Below, piece by piece: positions 37,056-47,259 of a stretch of DNA of 64,000 nt. The notes under the pieces are model-generated. The model searched no databases. It had not been told where the DNA came from and worked only from the letters and a program-made list of their open reading frames with translations. The stretch is from Deltaproteobacteria bacterium (GTDB taxonomy: Bacteria > Desulfobacterota > GWC2-55-46 > UBA9637). A program made the translations under genes and the position numbers. Within the stretch, counting starts at the first letter, position 1. Every line of letters begins with the position of its first letter. The stretch covers positions 4,194-68,193 of the forward strand of contig JACRML010000058.1 in NCBI GenBank assembly GCA_016214995.1. The letters run 5' to 3'.

Positions 37056-40000
37056 TCACCCTTCTGCCAATTGTTTCAATATATATCTTGTTTCATCCCA
37101 GATTTCTCTGTCCTTTTCCAAAAGGATGATAAATTTTGAATCCGGTGTAAGTCTGAACCTTTTGGGGTTCTTTTTTGCAAGCGCCAGCAGCCTTTGCGGC
37201 TCCACAATGGTATCATTTGAAAATGTTATATAAATATAATTCCCTTTTTGAGATAGCTCGGCTATCCTTAGTTTTTTAAGCAAAAATTTTATTCCCATTA
37301 TTTTAAACAGATTGCCTGCCAGTTCGGGGATATCACCAAATCTATCCTTTATCTCTTCTCTCAGTTTACTTACATCTTCCTCAGAAATGACAGAGGCAAT
37401 CCTTTTGTAGATATTGAGCCTTTGCCTTTCATCAGGGATATATCCTTCCGGTATATATGCAGATACTTTGAGACTTATCTCCGGCTCAATCTCCTTTTCC
37501 ATGTTTTCGCCCTTTAACTCTTTTATGGCATCCTCTAAAAGCTGCGTATACAGCTCAAAACCAACCTCTGCAATCTGGCCTGATTGTTTTGCTCCGAGGA
37601 GTTCCCCTGCGCCTCTTATCTCTAAATCATAAGCAGCAAGCCTGAAACCAGCGCCAAGGTCTGAGAGCTCCTGAAGCACCTTCAGCCTTTTCTTTGCATC
37701 TTCTGTTAATATTAATTCGGGCGGTGTCAAAAGATAGGCATATGCCCGGTGACTGCTCCTGCCAACCCTTCCGCGCAGTTGATATATTTCCGCAAGACCA
37801 AATCTATCTGCCCTGTTTATCAATATTGTATTTGCCGATGGGATATCAAGGCCTGATTCTATGATGGATGTAGAAAGCAATATGTCATATTCTTTATTTA
37901 TAAAATCAGCCATTATCTTTTCCAATTCCTTTTCATGCATCTGGCCATGAGCAACTCCAGCCCGTGCCTCCGGGACAATTCTCTTGAGATAATCGGCCAT
38001 TGCCGCTATACTCTGCACCCTGTTGTGAACAAAGAATATCTGGCCGCCTCTGGCAATCTCTCTTCTTATTGCATCCTTTATCAAGTCGTCATCAAACTTT
38101 GCCACAACAGTCTTTATTGCAAGCCTGTCTTCAGGAGGTGTATTTATTATACTCAAATCTCTTATGCCTGCCAGAGACATATGAAGGGTTCTTGGAATAG
38201 GTGTTGCCGTTAATGTAAGGACATCTACCTGCTTTTTCATTTGTTTCAACCTCTCCTTGTGGCTCACCCCGAATCTGTGTTCTTCATCTACAATAATGAG
38301 GCCGAGGTCTTTAAATACAACATCCTTTTGCAAAAGCCTGTGCGTGCCTATGATTATGTCCACCTCTCCGCTGGCAAGTTTTTTCAAGGTTTCTCGCTGC
38401 TCTTTAGGGTTTCTAAAACGGCTTAAAACATCTATCGTTGCAGGATATGAAGCAAACCGGTTTTTAAATGTGAGATGGTGCTGCTGGGCAAGCACCGTGG
38501 TCGGCACAAGCATGGCCACCTGTTTGTTGTCCAACACAGCCTTGAATGCGCCCCGCATGGCAACCTCTGTCTTTCCATAACCAACATCGCCGCAGACAAG
38601 CCTGTCCATGGGTTTTGGCTCTTCCATGTCTTTCAGCACATCTTCAATGGCATTGACCTGGTCTGGGGTCTCATCATATTCAAAGGATGCCTCAAACTCT
38701 GAAAACAGCCTTTCACCCTTGGAAAAAGAAAAACCCTCACCCACTTTTCTATGTGCATAAAGTTCCAGAAGTCCCTTTGCCATCTCCTCAACAGCCTGTT
38801 TAACCTTACTTTTTGTTTTCTCCCATTTTGTAGAACCGAGCTTGTCTATCTCCGGCCTTTTACCTTCTACACCGTGATATTTGCCTACAAGATTTACTCT
38901 TTGGACAGGCAGATATAATTTGTCTCCACCCTGATACTCCAAAATAAGAAAATCATTTTCTATAACCTGCCCCGAACCCTGTCCTAATCTCATTTCATGG
39001 ATTGATTCAAAATCCTCTATCTTAAGCCGCTTAAGCCCTTTATAGAGTCCAATGCCATGGATAGAATGCACAATAAAATCTCCGGCATTCAAGTCTTCAA
39101 GTTGGGTGAGAAATGCTTCTATCTTACTGGAGGGCGGCACACGTCTCTTGACCCTTTGCCCAAAAATCTCCTCCTCTGTAATGATAGCAAGCTTAATAGC
39201 AGGAAAGCGGAAGCCAGAACTTAGGTCGCCTCTGACGATAGCGATGCGAGATGTGGAATATGTGATTATCCCACACCCTACATCCCACATCTCACATCCG
39301 AGATCATATCCTTCCAACAACTCTTTTAATCTTTCTGCCTGGCCATGTGTATGACAAACAAGGAATATGTTCCACCCAAGGTCATGCCATCCCTTTATCT
39401 TATCTGCAAGGGGCTTGAGGAGTTCATCTTTTCTTATTGCAATGTCCTGCCTTGTATCAAGATTGGACTCGGTGGGAAGCTCAAAACCTTCAGCATGCGG
39501 TTGGTGCGCCCCGACAACAACTATGCCCATTTTATCAAACGCAGATTTAAATTCACTTATGGACACATAAAGTTCTTCTGGTTTAACAAAGAATTGCCGT
39601 TTTTGCTCAAGGTTTGTTTTCCCATCCGATATCTCACTTTCAAATCTTTTAACTGCTTCCTCTATCTCGTTTTGATTATCAAAAAAGAGAAGACAATCGT
39701 CCGGAAGATAATCAAATAACGTATCCAGTTTGTTGTAAAAAAGAGGTGATAAAAAATCAATGCCAGAAAAGATAATGCCATCCCGTACCCTGTCTGAAAT
39801 GGATTCTCTTATATCTTTGGGAAGTTCCAATTCCTCAGCCCTTTGCCTGAGTTTTTCTTTGGCCAGTTCCATGCCTTCTTGCGAGAAAATAATCTCCCTT
39901 GCAGGCAGAATTATAGTTTCATTCATTATCTCCTTAGACCGTTGAGTTGCAATATCAAAGGTTCTCATGGCCTCAACTTCGTCTCCAAAGAATTCAATCC

Positions 40001-40637
40001 TTATCGGAGCAGAATATGACGGTGGGAATATGTCCAGTATCCCACCGACAATCCTCATTTCACCTCTTTCCTCAACCATTGCCGCTCTTGAGTAGCCCAT
40101 TTGCGAAAGCCTTTTCAAAACCTCATCTCTGTTCATCTCTTTACCAACTTCACACCGTATAACCCCATTTACTCCCTCTTTTGCAAAGGGAGACGAAGGG
40201 GGGGTTAATACGCTTTTAGGCATTACCTTCTGTAAAATGGCTGAAGATGTTGTAACGATTATGTGGTGAGATGTTTGGGTGAGTTTGTAGAGAATATTGA
40301 TCCTGGCAGCGATTATGTCAGGATGCGGGGACTGCGCCTCAAAAGGCAGAATCTCCCATGATGGATAGAAAAACGCAGTATTGCTACCAAGGAAAAAATT
40401 TATATCCTTAGTGAAATTTTCTGCCTCTTCCTGGGTTGGAGATATTATTAAAACCGATTTGAGATTTCGGTGCGCCTGCGAAAGCGGGTCATGAGATTTA
40501 TAAAGGGAGGCAATAAGAAAAGCTTTTGACGAGCCCAAAAGACCAGAAAGGGCAAACCGCTCCCCTGGCTTTAGACAAGAGATGCTCTCTAATGCCTTGT
40601 AAAAGGTATTGGTTTTGGTAGGATAGACTGCTGTCAT
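37056..40637 (-). CDS. mfd: Transcription-repair coupling factor
   Basis: GDVGYGKTEVAMRGAFKAVLDNKQVAMLVPTTVLAQQH; DEEHRFGV; TATPIPRTLHMSL; GRVGRSSHRAYAYLL; RID/TRCF C-term. Confidence 0.98.
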   Translation of the reverse strand: MTAVYPTKTNTFYKALESISCLKPGERFALSGLLGSSKAFLIASLYKSHDPLSQAHRNLKSVLIISPTQEEAENFTKDINFFLGSNTAFFYPSWEILPFEAQSPHPDIIAARINILYKLTQTSHHIIVTTSSAILQKVMPKSVLTPPSSPFAKEGVNGVIRCEVGKEMNRDEVLKRLSQMGYSRAAMVEERGEMRIVGGILDIFPPSYSAPIRIEFFGDEVEAMRTFDIATQRSKEIMNETIILPAREIIFSQEGMELAKEKLRQRAEELELPKDIRESISDRVRDGIIFSGIDFLSPLFYNKLDTLFDYLPDDCLLFFDNQNEIEEAVKRFESEISDGKTNLEQKRQFFVKPEELYVSISEFKSAFDKMGIVVVGAHQPHAEGFELPTESNLDTRQDIAIRKDELLKPLADKIKGWHDLGWNIFLVCHTHGQAERLKELLEGYDLGCEMWDVGCGIITYSTSRIAIVRGDLSSGFRFPAIKLAIITEEEIFGQRVKRRVPPSSKIEAFLTQLEDLNAGDFIVHSIHGIGLYKGLKRLKIEDFESIHEMRLGQGSGQVIENDFLILEYQGGDKLYLPVQRVNLVGKYHGVEGKRPEIDKLGSTKWEKTKSKVKQAVEEMAKGLLELYAHRKVGEGFSFSKGERLFSEFEASFEYDETPDQVNAIEDVLKDMEEPKPMDRLVCGDVGYGKTEVAMRGAFKAVLDNKQVAMLVPTTVLAQQHHLTFKNRFASYPATIDVLSRFRNPKEQRETLKKLASGEVDIIIGTHRLLQKDVVFKDLGLIIVDEEHRFGVSHKERLKQMKKQVDVLTLTATPIPRTLHMSLAGIRDLSIINTPPEDRLAIKTVVAKFDDDLIKDAIRREIARGGQIFFVHNRVQSIAAMADYLKRIVPEARAGVAHGQMHEKELEKIMADFINKEYDILLSTSIIESGLDIPSANTILINRADRFGLAEIYQLRGRVGRSSHRAYAYLLTPPELILTEDAKKRLKVLQELSDLGAGFRLAAYDLEIRGAGELLGAKQSGQIAEVGFELYTQLLEDAIKELKGENMEKEIEPEISLKVSAYIPEGYIPDERQRLNIYKRIASVISEEDVSKLREEIKDRFGDIPELAGNLFKIMGIKFLLKKLRIAELSQKGNYIYITFSNDTIVEPQRLLALAKKNPKRFRLTPDSKFIILLEKDREIWDETRYILKQLAEG

Positions 40638-40785
40638 TAAACAAATTTTATAGTATCATAAATCTCTCCGCTCTCACAAATAAAAGGTGGTAAAGTAAAG
40701 AGGTAAAGCTCAAAAATTTTATTGACTTCTAATAGCATATTATGTAACTTATGAACCCTGATTTTAGCAAAGGAGGAATACTACA

Positions 40786-42720
40786 ATGGGTAAAAATATT
40801 ACACAGAAGATATTAGAGGCTCATCTCGTGTCCGGTACAATGGCCCAGGGTAACGAGATAGCCATAAAGATTGACCAGACCCTTACTCAGGACGCTACCG
40901 GCACCATGGCCTATCTGCAGTTTGAGGCAATGGGTGTGCCGAGGGTCAAGACAAAGCTTTCAGTAAGCTATGTTGACCACAATACACTCCAGTACGGCGG
41001 TTTTGAAAATGCAGATGACCACAGATTTTTGCAGACTATTGCTGCAAAACACGGCATCTATTTTTCAAGGCCGGGCAATGGTATATGCCATCAGGTTCAT
41101 CTTGAAAGATTCGGTGTGCCCGGACAGACCATGCTTGGCTCGGACAGCCATACGCCCACGTGCGGCGGTCTCGGCATGATGGCAATTGGTGCAGGCGGAC
41201 TTGATGTAGCGGTTGCTATGGGCGGGGGGTCGTTTAATCTCTCTTATCCAAAGGTTGTGCTGGTAAATCTTAAAGGTAAACTCAAACCGTGGGTCTCTGC
41301 AAAGGATGTAATCCTTGAACTCCTCAGAAAGATGACCGTAAAGGGTGGTGTGGGCAAGGTGATTGAATACGGCGGCGAAGGCGTACAAAGCCTTTCTGTG
41401 CCGGAAAGGGCTACCATTACCAACATGGGAGCAGAGCTTGGCGCAACAACGTCCATATTTCCAAGTGATGAGATAACAAAGGAATTTTTAAAGGCACAGA
41501 CCAGGGAAAAAGACTGGCAAGAGCTTGTTGCCGATGCTGATGCAAAATATGATGAAACCATTGAAATAAATTTGAGCAAGCTGGAACCCATGATTGCAAA
41601 ACCGCACAGCCCTGACGCTGTGTGCAAGGTTTCAGATGTTGAAGGCATGAAGGTTGATCAGGTCTGCATCGGAAGCTGTACCAACTCTTCATTCAGGGAT
41701 TTGATGCTTGTTGCCGATATATTCAAGAAGGGGAATTTCAAGGTCAATCCCAATATAAGCATGACAATCTCTCCCGGCTCAAAGCAGGTTCTGGAGATGA
41801 TTACATTAAACAAAGGGCTTGCGAGCCTGATTGAGGCTGGTGCAAGAATCCTTGAGGCAACATGCGGGCCTTGCATAGGCAACGGCCAATCACCGCCGTC
41901 AAAGGGCGTTTCTCTCAGGACATTCAATAGAAATTTTGAAGGCAGGAGCGGAACAAAGGACGGACAGGTCTATCTTTGCAGCCCTGAGGTCGCGGCGGCT
42001 GCGGCTATCTATGGTGTAATCACCGACCCAAGAAAGCTTGGCAAATATCCAAAGGTTAAGATGCCAAAGGAATTTAGGGTGGACGACTCAATGGTAATTC
42101 CGCCGGCAAAAGACCCCTCAAAAGTAGAAATATTGAGAGGACCAAACATAAAGGCATTGCCGGTAGCAACTAAGATTCAGACAGTAGTAAGCGGCAGCAC
42201 TTTGATAAAGCTTGGCGATAACATTACCACAGACCATATCACGCCCGCAGGCACATGGCTGAAATACAGGAGCAATGTGCCAAAGTATTCCGAGTCAGTT
42301 TTTTCAGCCATTGATGTCCAGTTCCATGAAAAGGCAAAGGCCTCCAACGGAGGATTTGTTATTGCCGGAGAAAACTATGGCCAGGGTTCTTCAAGGGAAC
42401 ATGCGGCGCTTTGCCCCATGTATCTCGGTATAAAAGGGATTATTGCAAAGAGCTTTGCCAGAATACACAAGGATAACCTTGTAAACTTCGGCATCCTGCC
42501 GCTGACCTTTGCAAGCCCTGCTGATTATGATGCAATAGATCAAGGCGATAAGCTGGAAATAAACGACCTTGCAAACCAACTAAAGGCAGGGGATTCATTA
42601 ACCATAAAAAATATTACAAAGGGCAATGAGATAAAGGTAAAACACGGATTCAGCACAAGACAGGTTGATATAATCCTCGCCGGCGGACTGCTGAACTTTA
42701 CCAAGGGACAGGCAGCATAA
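40786..42720 (+). CDS. Aconitate hydratase
   Basis: LGSDSHTPTCGGLGMMAIGAGGLDVAVAM; IGSCTNSSFRDL; GPCIGNGQSP; NYGQGSSREHAAL. Confidence 0.96.
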   Translation: MGKNITQKILEAHLVSGTMAQGNEIAIKIDQTLTQDATGTMAYLQFEAMGVPRVKTKLSVSYVDHNTLQYGGFENADDHRFLQTIAAKHGIYFSRPGNGICHQVHLERFGVPGQTMLGSDSHTPTCGGLGMMAIGAGGLDVAVAMGGGSFNLSYPKVVLVNLKGKLKPWVSAKDVILELLRKMTVKGGVGKVIEYGGEGVQSLSVPERATITNMGAELGATTSIFPSDEITKEFLKAQTREKDWQELVADADAKYDETIEINLSKLEPMIAKPHSPDAVCKVSDVEGMKVDQVCIGSCTNSSFRDLMLVADIFKKGNFKVNPNISMTISPGSKQVLEMITLNKGLASLIEAGARILEATCGPCIGNGQSPPSKGVSLRTFNRNFEGRSGTKDGQVYLCSPEVAAAAAIYGVITDPRKLGKYPKVKMPKEFRVDDSMVIPPAKDPSKVEILRGPNIKALPVATKIQTVVSGSTLIKLGDNITTDHITPAGTWLKYRSNVPKYSESVFSAIDVQFHEKAKASNGGFVIAGENYGQGSSREHAALCPMYLGIKGIIAKSFARIHKDNLVNFGILPLTFASPADYDAIDQGDKLEINDLANQLKAGDSLTIKNITKGNEIKVKHGFSTRQVDIILAGGLLNFTKGQAA

Positions 42721-42903
42721 AACCAGTGAACAATAAGTATAGAACAGTTAAAGGCAAAAAACCCTTACCGCTGAAATGCGGTGAGGGTTTTTCACTTTAA
42801 AATAAATTGAAGATTGGAAGATGAAAATTTTAAATGTACAGAAATTGTAGTTTGCCGATTCATCGGCGGTTTTAAAGCGCCCCATGAATGGGGCAACTAC
42901 ATT

Positions 42904-43668
42904 TTAATGGCTGTCCCTTTTCAAAAACCTCCACACCCCATCCACTTTTTTATAGATAAGAAAATCGCCGGGGCTAAACCAACTGCTCGGGCTTTTGCTG
43001 CTCCTGACCAGCGCAGGCTCATCTTGAGATTCAAGGGGATATGAATAAAGCCCTAATTCCTGCACAAGAAGCATCAGGCTTTGCCCTTTTTCTTTCCAGC
43101 TAAAGGTCTTTTCATAAATATAGACAATAAAGGTGTAAGATTTCCAGTCATCGCCTATCCACTCATAAAGGGTCTTGCTATCCTTTCTGCTTAGCCTTAT
43201 GCAGCCGTGAGATTTCTTCTGGCCGAGAAATTTCTCATAACCTGCAAATTTTCCTGTGGCTTCAAGGCTATGAATTCCTTTTTCAACGCCCGGCTCAATC
43301 CCGATCCAATTCAACATCTTGATATTTTCATCTTTTGACCATTTCCTGAAGGGCATCAATTCTACAATCTTATGAAACCCCGGCAATGTTTCAGTCTTTT
43401 CCCATCCTTCTTCATCTATGCCAGGTTCTCCGGTAGATACAAGGCTTTCCATAAACATACGGCCTCTTTCATCGTATGCTCTCAGAGTCTGGGTGGATTT
43501 GTCTATTTCAATGTGCTTCTTCTCCGGAGTAAAAATCATGGCCTTGCCCTCTGTAACAAGATAGATATTTACTCCCAGTCTTTTTATTGGTTCAGTTCTG
43601 GAAAGCCTGACAGCGACAGCATCTTCGCTGCCAAATACCGATTGAGAAAGGCAAATTAAAAAAGGCAA
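42904..43668 (-). CDS. L,D-transpeptidase (YkuD) family protein
   Basis: KSHGCIRLSRKDSKTLYEWI catalytic motif. Confidence 0.85.
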   Translation of the reverse strand: MPFLICLSQSVFGSEDAVAVRLSRTEPIKRLGVNIYLVTEGKAMIFTPEKKHIEIDKSTQTLRAYDERGRMFMESLVSTGEPGIDEEGWEKTETLPGFHKIVELMPFRKWSKDENIKMLNWIGIEPGVEKGIHSLEATGKFAGYEKFLGQKKSHGCIRLSRKDSKTLYEWIGDDWKSYTFIVYIYEKTFSWKEKGQSLMLLVQELGLYSYPLESQDEPALVRSSKSPSSWFSPGDFLIYKKVDGVWRFLKRDSH

Positions 43669-43694
43669 GAGAGAAACCAGCTTCTTAAAATCAT

Positions 43695-44420
43695 CTATTG
43701 TTCCAATACAGATAGTCGTAGATATTTTTTTACCATCTTCGGGACCCTGTCCATATCACAAAACGGCAACTCTCCAAGGATAGGGATATTGGTAAGCCTT
43801 TTTAACTCTGTTTGATTTGTAGAAAGGGTTTCATCGGTTGCGAGGGCTGGGTAATTAATGATAATACCCTTAACCTCTATGCCGATGGACTGGGCATATT
43901 TAACCGTCAATAATGTATGATTTATTGTGCCGAGTTTTGATGCGGCAATGACTATAAGCGGGAGATTGAGGAATTTCACAAGGTCTGCCGAAGTCTCTGT
44001 ATCATTCAGAGGCGTCAGCAATCCGCCTGCACCTTCCACAAGCATTAATCTATGCAGAGATGCAAGCGTACCATAGCATTCCTTAATTTTATTTAAGTCT
44101 ATATTTTTGCCTTCAAGCCTTGACGCAACGCTTGGGGCAAGAGGCGCTTTGAAGCGATATGGATTTATCGAATCAAGTTCATCGCTGACTTCTGCTGCCT
44201 TCTTGAGAAATAAGGCATCCTGAGGCTCAAGCTCTCTGCCCTTTTCAGCGCATCCTGTTTCAACAGGCTTCATTACACCAACATTTACTCCCTTTTCCTT
44301 CAATACTGCTGCAATACCAGCGGTAACAAATGTCTTGCCTACGCCGGTGTCAGTGCCTGTAATGAAATAGCCTCTGGTTTGCATAAGCCAAATGGTAGCA
44401 GAATAAAAAAATACAGTCAA
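43695..44420 (-). CDS. bioD: Dethiobiotin synthase
   Basis: YFITGTDTGVGKTFVTAGIAAVLKEKG; KPVETG; VEGAGGLLTPL. Confidence 0.96.
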   Translation of the reverse strand: MTVFFYSATIWLMQTRGYFITGTDTGVGKTFVTAGIAAVLKEKGVNVGVMKPVETGCAEKGRELEPQDALFLKKAAEVSDELDSINPYRFKAPLAPSVASRLEGKNIDLNKIKECYGTLASLHRLMLVEGAGGLLTPLNDTETSADLVKFLNLPLIVIAASKLGTINHTLLTVKYAQSIGIEVKGIIINYPALATDETLSTNQTELKRLTNIPILGELPFCDMDRVPKMVKKYLRLSVLEQ

Positions 44421-44563
44421 TTGACGAAATATTGTTTTAGGGGTAAAATTTATATAAAATGAAGTAGCAGTTCAGGTAGCTTGCCGATTTATCAACCTCC
44501 CCCTGTCCCCCTCATAGAGGGGGAGCGCCCATAAATGGGCAACTACATAAGAGGAGGCAAATT

Positions 44564-45112
44564 ATGAAAAAGGTTTTAATGCCTTTGGCGCCAGGCTTTG
44601 AAGAAATAGAGGCGCTTGCTGTTGTGGATATATTAAGGAGGGCAGGAGTGGAGATAACAATGGCAGGAACGGCTGATAATCCTATTGAAGGGAGAAACAG
44701 GATAAAGGTTTTGGCAGATGCATCTCTGGAATCTGTCAAAGAACAGGACTTTGATATGATTGTCCTGCCGGGCGGCGCGGTTGGCACAGAAAATCTCAAA
44801 AAGGATATGCGGGTAAAAGAAATCGTAGAAAGGCTTTATAAAAAAGGCAGGTTCATTACCGCCATCTGCGCCGCGCCCACAGTGCTTTCTGCCATCGGCA
44901 TTACTGCCGGTAAAACCATTACAAGCCATCCTACGGTAAGAGCAAAATTGGAAAAAGAAAAAATCTCAGACCAAAGGGTTGTGGTTGACGGCAACATCAT
45001 TACCAGCCAGGGGCCGGGCACGGCCATAGAATTTGCATTTAAACTGGTAGAGGTTTTACTGGGGAGAGAAAAGGTTGCGGAAGTAAACAAAGGCGTGCTG
45101 GCGAAGATTTAA
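44564..45112 (+). CDS. DJ-1/PfpI family protein
   Basis: VLMPLAPGFEEIEALAVVDILRRAG; AICAAPTVLSAIG; ITSQGPGTAIEFA. Confidence 0.95.
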   Translation: MKKVLMPLAPGFEEIEALAVVDILRRAGVEITMAGTADNPIEGRNRIKVLADASLESVKEQDFDMIVLPGGAVGTENLKKDMRVKEIVERLYKKGRFITAICAAPTVLSAIGITAGKTITSHPTVRAKLEKEKISDQRVVVDGNIITSQGPGTAIEFAFKLVEVLLGREKVAEVNKGVLAKI

Positions 45113-45164
45113 CTGCCACTTCCAACTAATCCTTAAGGGCAACTCAAGGCTTCATTACTGACTT

Positions 45165-45555
45165 TTATACCCTGACAACCTCCAACCCCTCAACACTCTC
45201 AAAATGCGCATCGGCAGTGATTATTGGAAGATTGTTTTCAATACAGACTGCCGCCTATCCATAGGTCATTTTCAGGGATTGGGCGCCCTTTTTGTTTTAG
45301 CTGTAATCTGATCGCAGAATATGGGTCAGCTGTCTTTCTTGTAATATTCAGGATGCGGCAGGTATCTATGAACTCATTGTAAGTTTTTAGGTTCTCTTTT
45401 GGACGGCCTGAATTTTTAGCGGCAAATAACAGTTCTGCAGTAACCGGCACAGGCAGATATATCATTGAGTTACGTGAAAGGAGATTTGTAACAACATTAT
45501 CATTTTTAAACAGCCGTATTACGATATTTGTATCAAGGCTAATCTTTCCATTCAT
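45165..45555 (-). pseudogene. PIN-domain toxin (VapC-like) with 1-nt frameshift near the C-terminus
   Basis: MNGKISLDTNIVIRLFKND...PENDLWI then frame break; +1 frame continues AVCIENNLPIITADAHFESVEGLEVVRV*. Confidence 0.78.
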
Positions 45556-45769
45556 CAGGATTAACCTTCTCAAACTCATCGTCTACTGTCTTCATCATCT
45601 GATTTGCCTCTTCTTCTTTTAATATGCCGGCAAACCTTAAAATTGGATGAATGACTTTCTTTTCTATGCTGAGAGTCAATTCTACTTCTGCATTTTCCTC
45701 AATATCGTCTATCGGCTCCAAAGGCCTCAATATTCCATGTTCATAGACTGCATGCAATGTCTTAACCAT
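45539..45769 (-). CDS. DUF104-type antitoxin
   Basis: VYEHGILRPLEPIDDIEENAEVELTLS; overlaps the PIN gene. Confidence 0.82.
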   Translation of the reverse strand: MVKTLHAVYEHGILRPLEPIDDIEENAEVELTLSIEKKVIHPILRFAGILKEEEANQMMKTVDDEFEKVNPDEWKD

Positions 45770-45837
45770 TGTTGCCTCCTTTTGGAAGATTATATCAAAA
45801 AACCTGCTTCAAACAAGATGTTTGTTTTGTTTTTTCA

Positions 45838-47259
45838 TTAATCAACAAGGTATCCTCCTGTGACAGTCTGGATACTTCTGCAAACTACCCCCACAATTCT
45901 TTTAATGTCTTCTTTTGTTATGCTCAACGGCGGCATTATTACAATAGTGTCGCCGAGCGGTCTTATAATAAGACCATGTTTTCTTGTCTCCACGCAAACT
46001 TTATAGCCGACCCTTTCTTCCGTCTGAAAAGGCTCTTTTGTTCTTTTATTCCTGACCAACTCTATGCCGACAATAAGCCCCTTCTGCCGCACATCGCCCA
46101 CATGGGGCAGGGCTTTAAAACCTTCCAACAACCCAGATAATAATACAATCTTCGGTTTAAGTTTTTGTATGGTTCTTTCTTTTTTAAATATGTTTAGATT
46201 GGCTATAGCTGCCGCGCATCCCAATGGATTGCCTGTATAGGTATGTCCGTGGAAAAATGTTTTAAATTCTTCGTATTTACCAAGAAATGCCTTGTAAATC
46301 TTGTTTGTCGTAAGCGTTGCTGCAAGCGGCAGATAACCTCCGGTTATGCCCTTTGCAAGACAGAGAAAATCAGGGGGGACATTTTCATGCTCGCACGCAA
46401 AGAGTTTTCCGGTTCTTCCAAAACCCGTTGCAACCTCATCGGCAATGAGCAAGATATTATATTTTGTGCAGAGCCTTCTTACCTCTTTTAAAAACCCAGG
46501 GGGTGAGACAATCATACCCGCAGCCCCTTGCACAATTGGCTCAATGATGCACGCCGCTATTTCTCTGTGATATTTTTTTAAAATCTCCTCAAACTTTTTT
46601 ATGCAGGCAATCTTGCATGACGGATATTTCTTGTCTATCGGGCATCTGTAACAATACGGATAATATGCCTTGTATGTTGGAAATAACAGCGGTTTGTATT
46701 TTTCTACAAACACATCAATCTCGCCGACACTCATTGAGCCGAATGTATCGCCGTGATATGCGCCAGTGAAGGCAACAAACTTGGTTCGGGAGTTTGAGTT
46801 CAGAGTTTGGCGTTGCCTCCAGTACTGAAACGCCATTTTCAAAGCTATCTCCACAGCAGTAGAGCCGTTGTCCGAATAAAAGACCTTTGTCAAACCCTTT
46901 GGCGCAATCTTTACAAGTTTTTCGGCTAATTCAATTGAAGGCGCATTGCCAAGCCCCAAAAGTGTTGAGTGGCTTATTTTATCAACCTGTTTTTTTATCG
47001 CATCATTTATTTCTTTTTTCCTGTGGCCGTGCACATTGACCCATAGAGATGAAGTCCCGTCAAAATATTTTTTGCCATAGGTGTCAATAAGATAATTCCC
47101 CTTGCCCGTTTCAATGATGATAGGTGTTTCCCTTTCCCATTCCCTCATCTGCGTGAACGGATGCCAGAGGTGTTTTTTGTCAATGGTGTCAAGCCTTTTA
47201 TTTTTCCGCATGGACAAACATAACCTCATAAGTGGCATAGACATAGTTGCAGGTTGCAA
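45838..47259 (-). CDS. bioA: Adenosylmethionine-8-amino-7-oxononanoate aminotransferase
   Basis: HLWHPFTQM, DGTSSLWVNVHGH, FYSDNGSTAVEIALKMAFQYW, LIADEVATGFGRTG; likely start near 47214. Confidence 0.95.
   Translation of the reverse strand: MQPATMSMPLMRLCLSMRKNKRLDTIDKKHLWHPFTQMREWERETPIIIETGKGNYLIDTYGKKYFDGTSSLWVNVHGHRKKEINDAIKKQVDKISHSTLLGLGNAPSIELAEKLVKIAPKGLTKVFYSDNGSTAVEIALKMAFQYWRQRQTLNSNSRTKFVAFTGAYHGDTFGSMSVGEIDVFVEKYKPLLFPTYKAYYPYCYRCPIDKKYPSCKIACIKKFEEILKKYHREIAACIIEPIVQGAAGMIVSPPGFLKEVRRLCTKYNILLIADEVATGFGRTGKLFACEHENVPPDFLCLAKGITGGYLPLAATLTTNKIYKAFLGKYEEFKTFFHGHTYTGNPLGCAAAIANLNIFKKERTIQKLKPKIVLLSGLLEGFKALPHVGDVRQKGLIVGIELVRNKRTKEPFQTEERVGYKVCVETRKHGLIIRPLGDTIVIMPPLSITKEDIKRIVGVVCRSIQTVTGGYLVD

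Noticed and set aside
36951-37139. 62-aa ORF MAAKSAGSTHCEAIASGRCKIA...
   Set aside because: It is the translation of repeat copy D; the matching peptide at 24005 is also repeat-derived.
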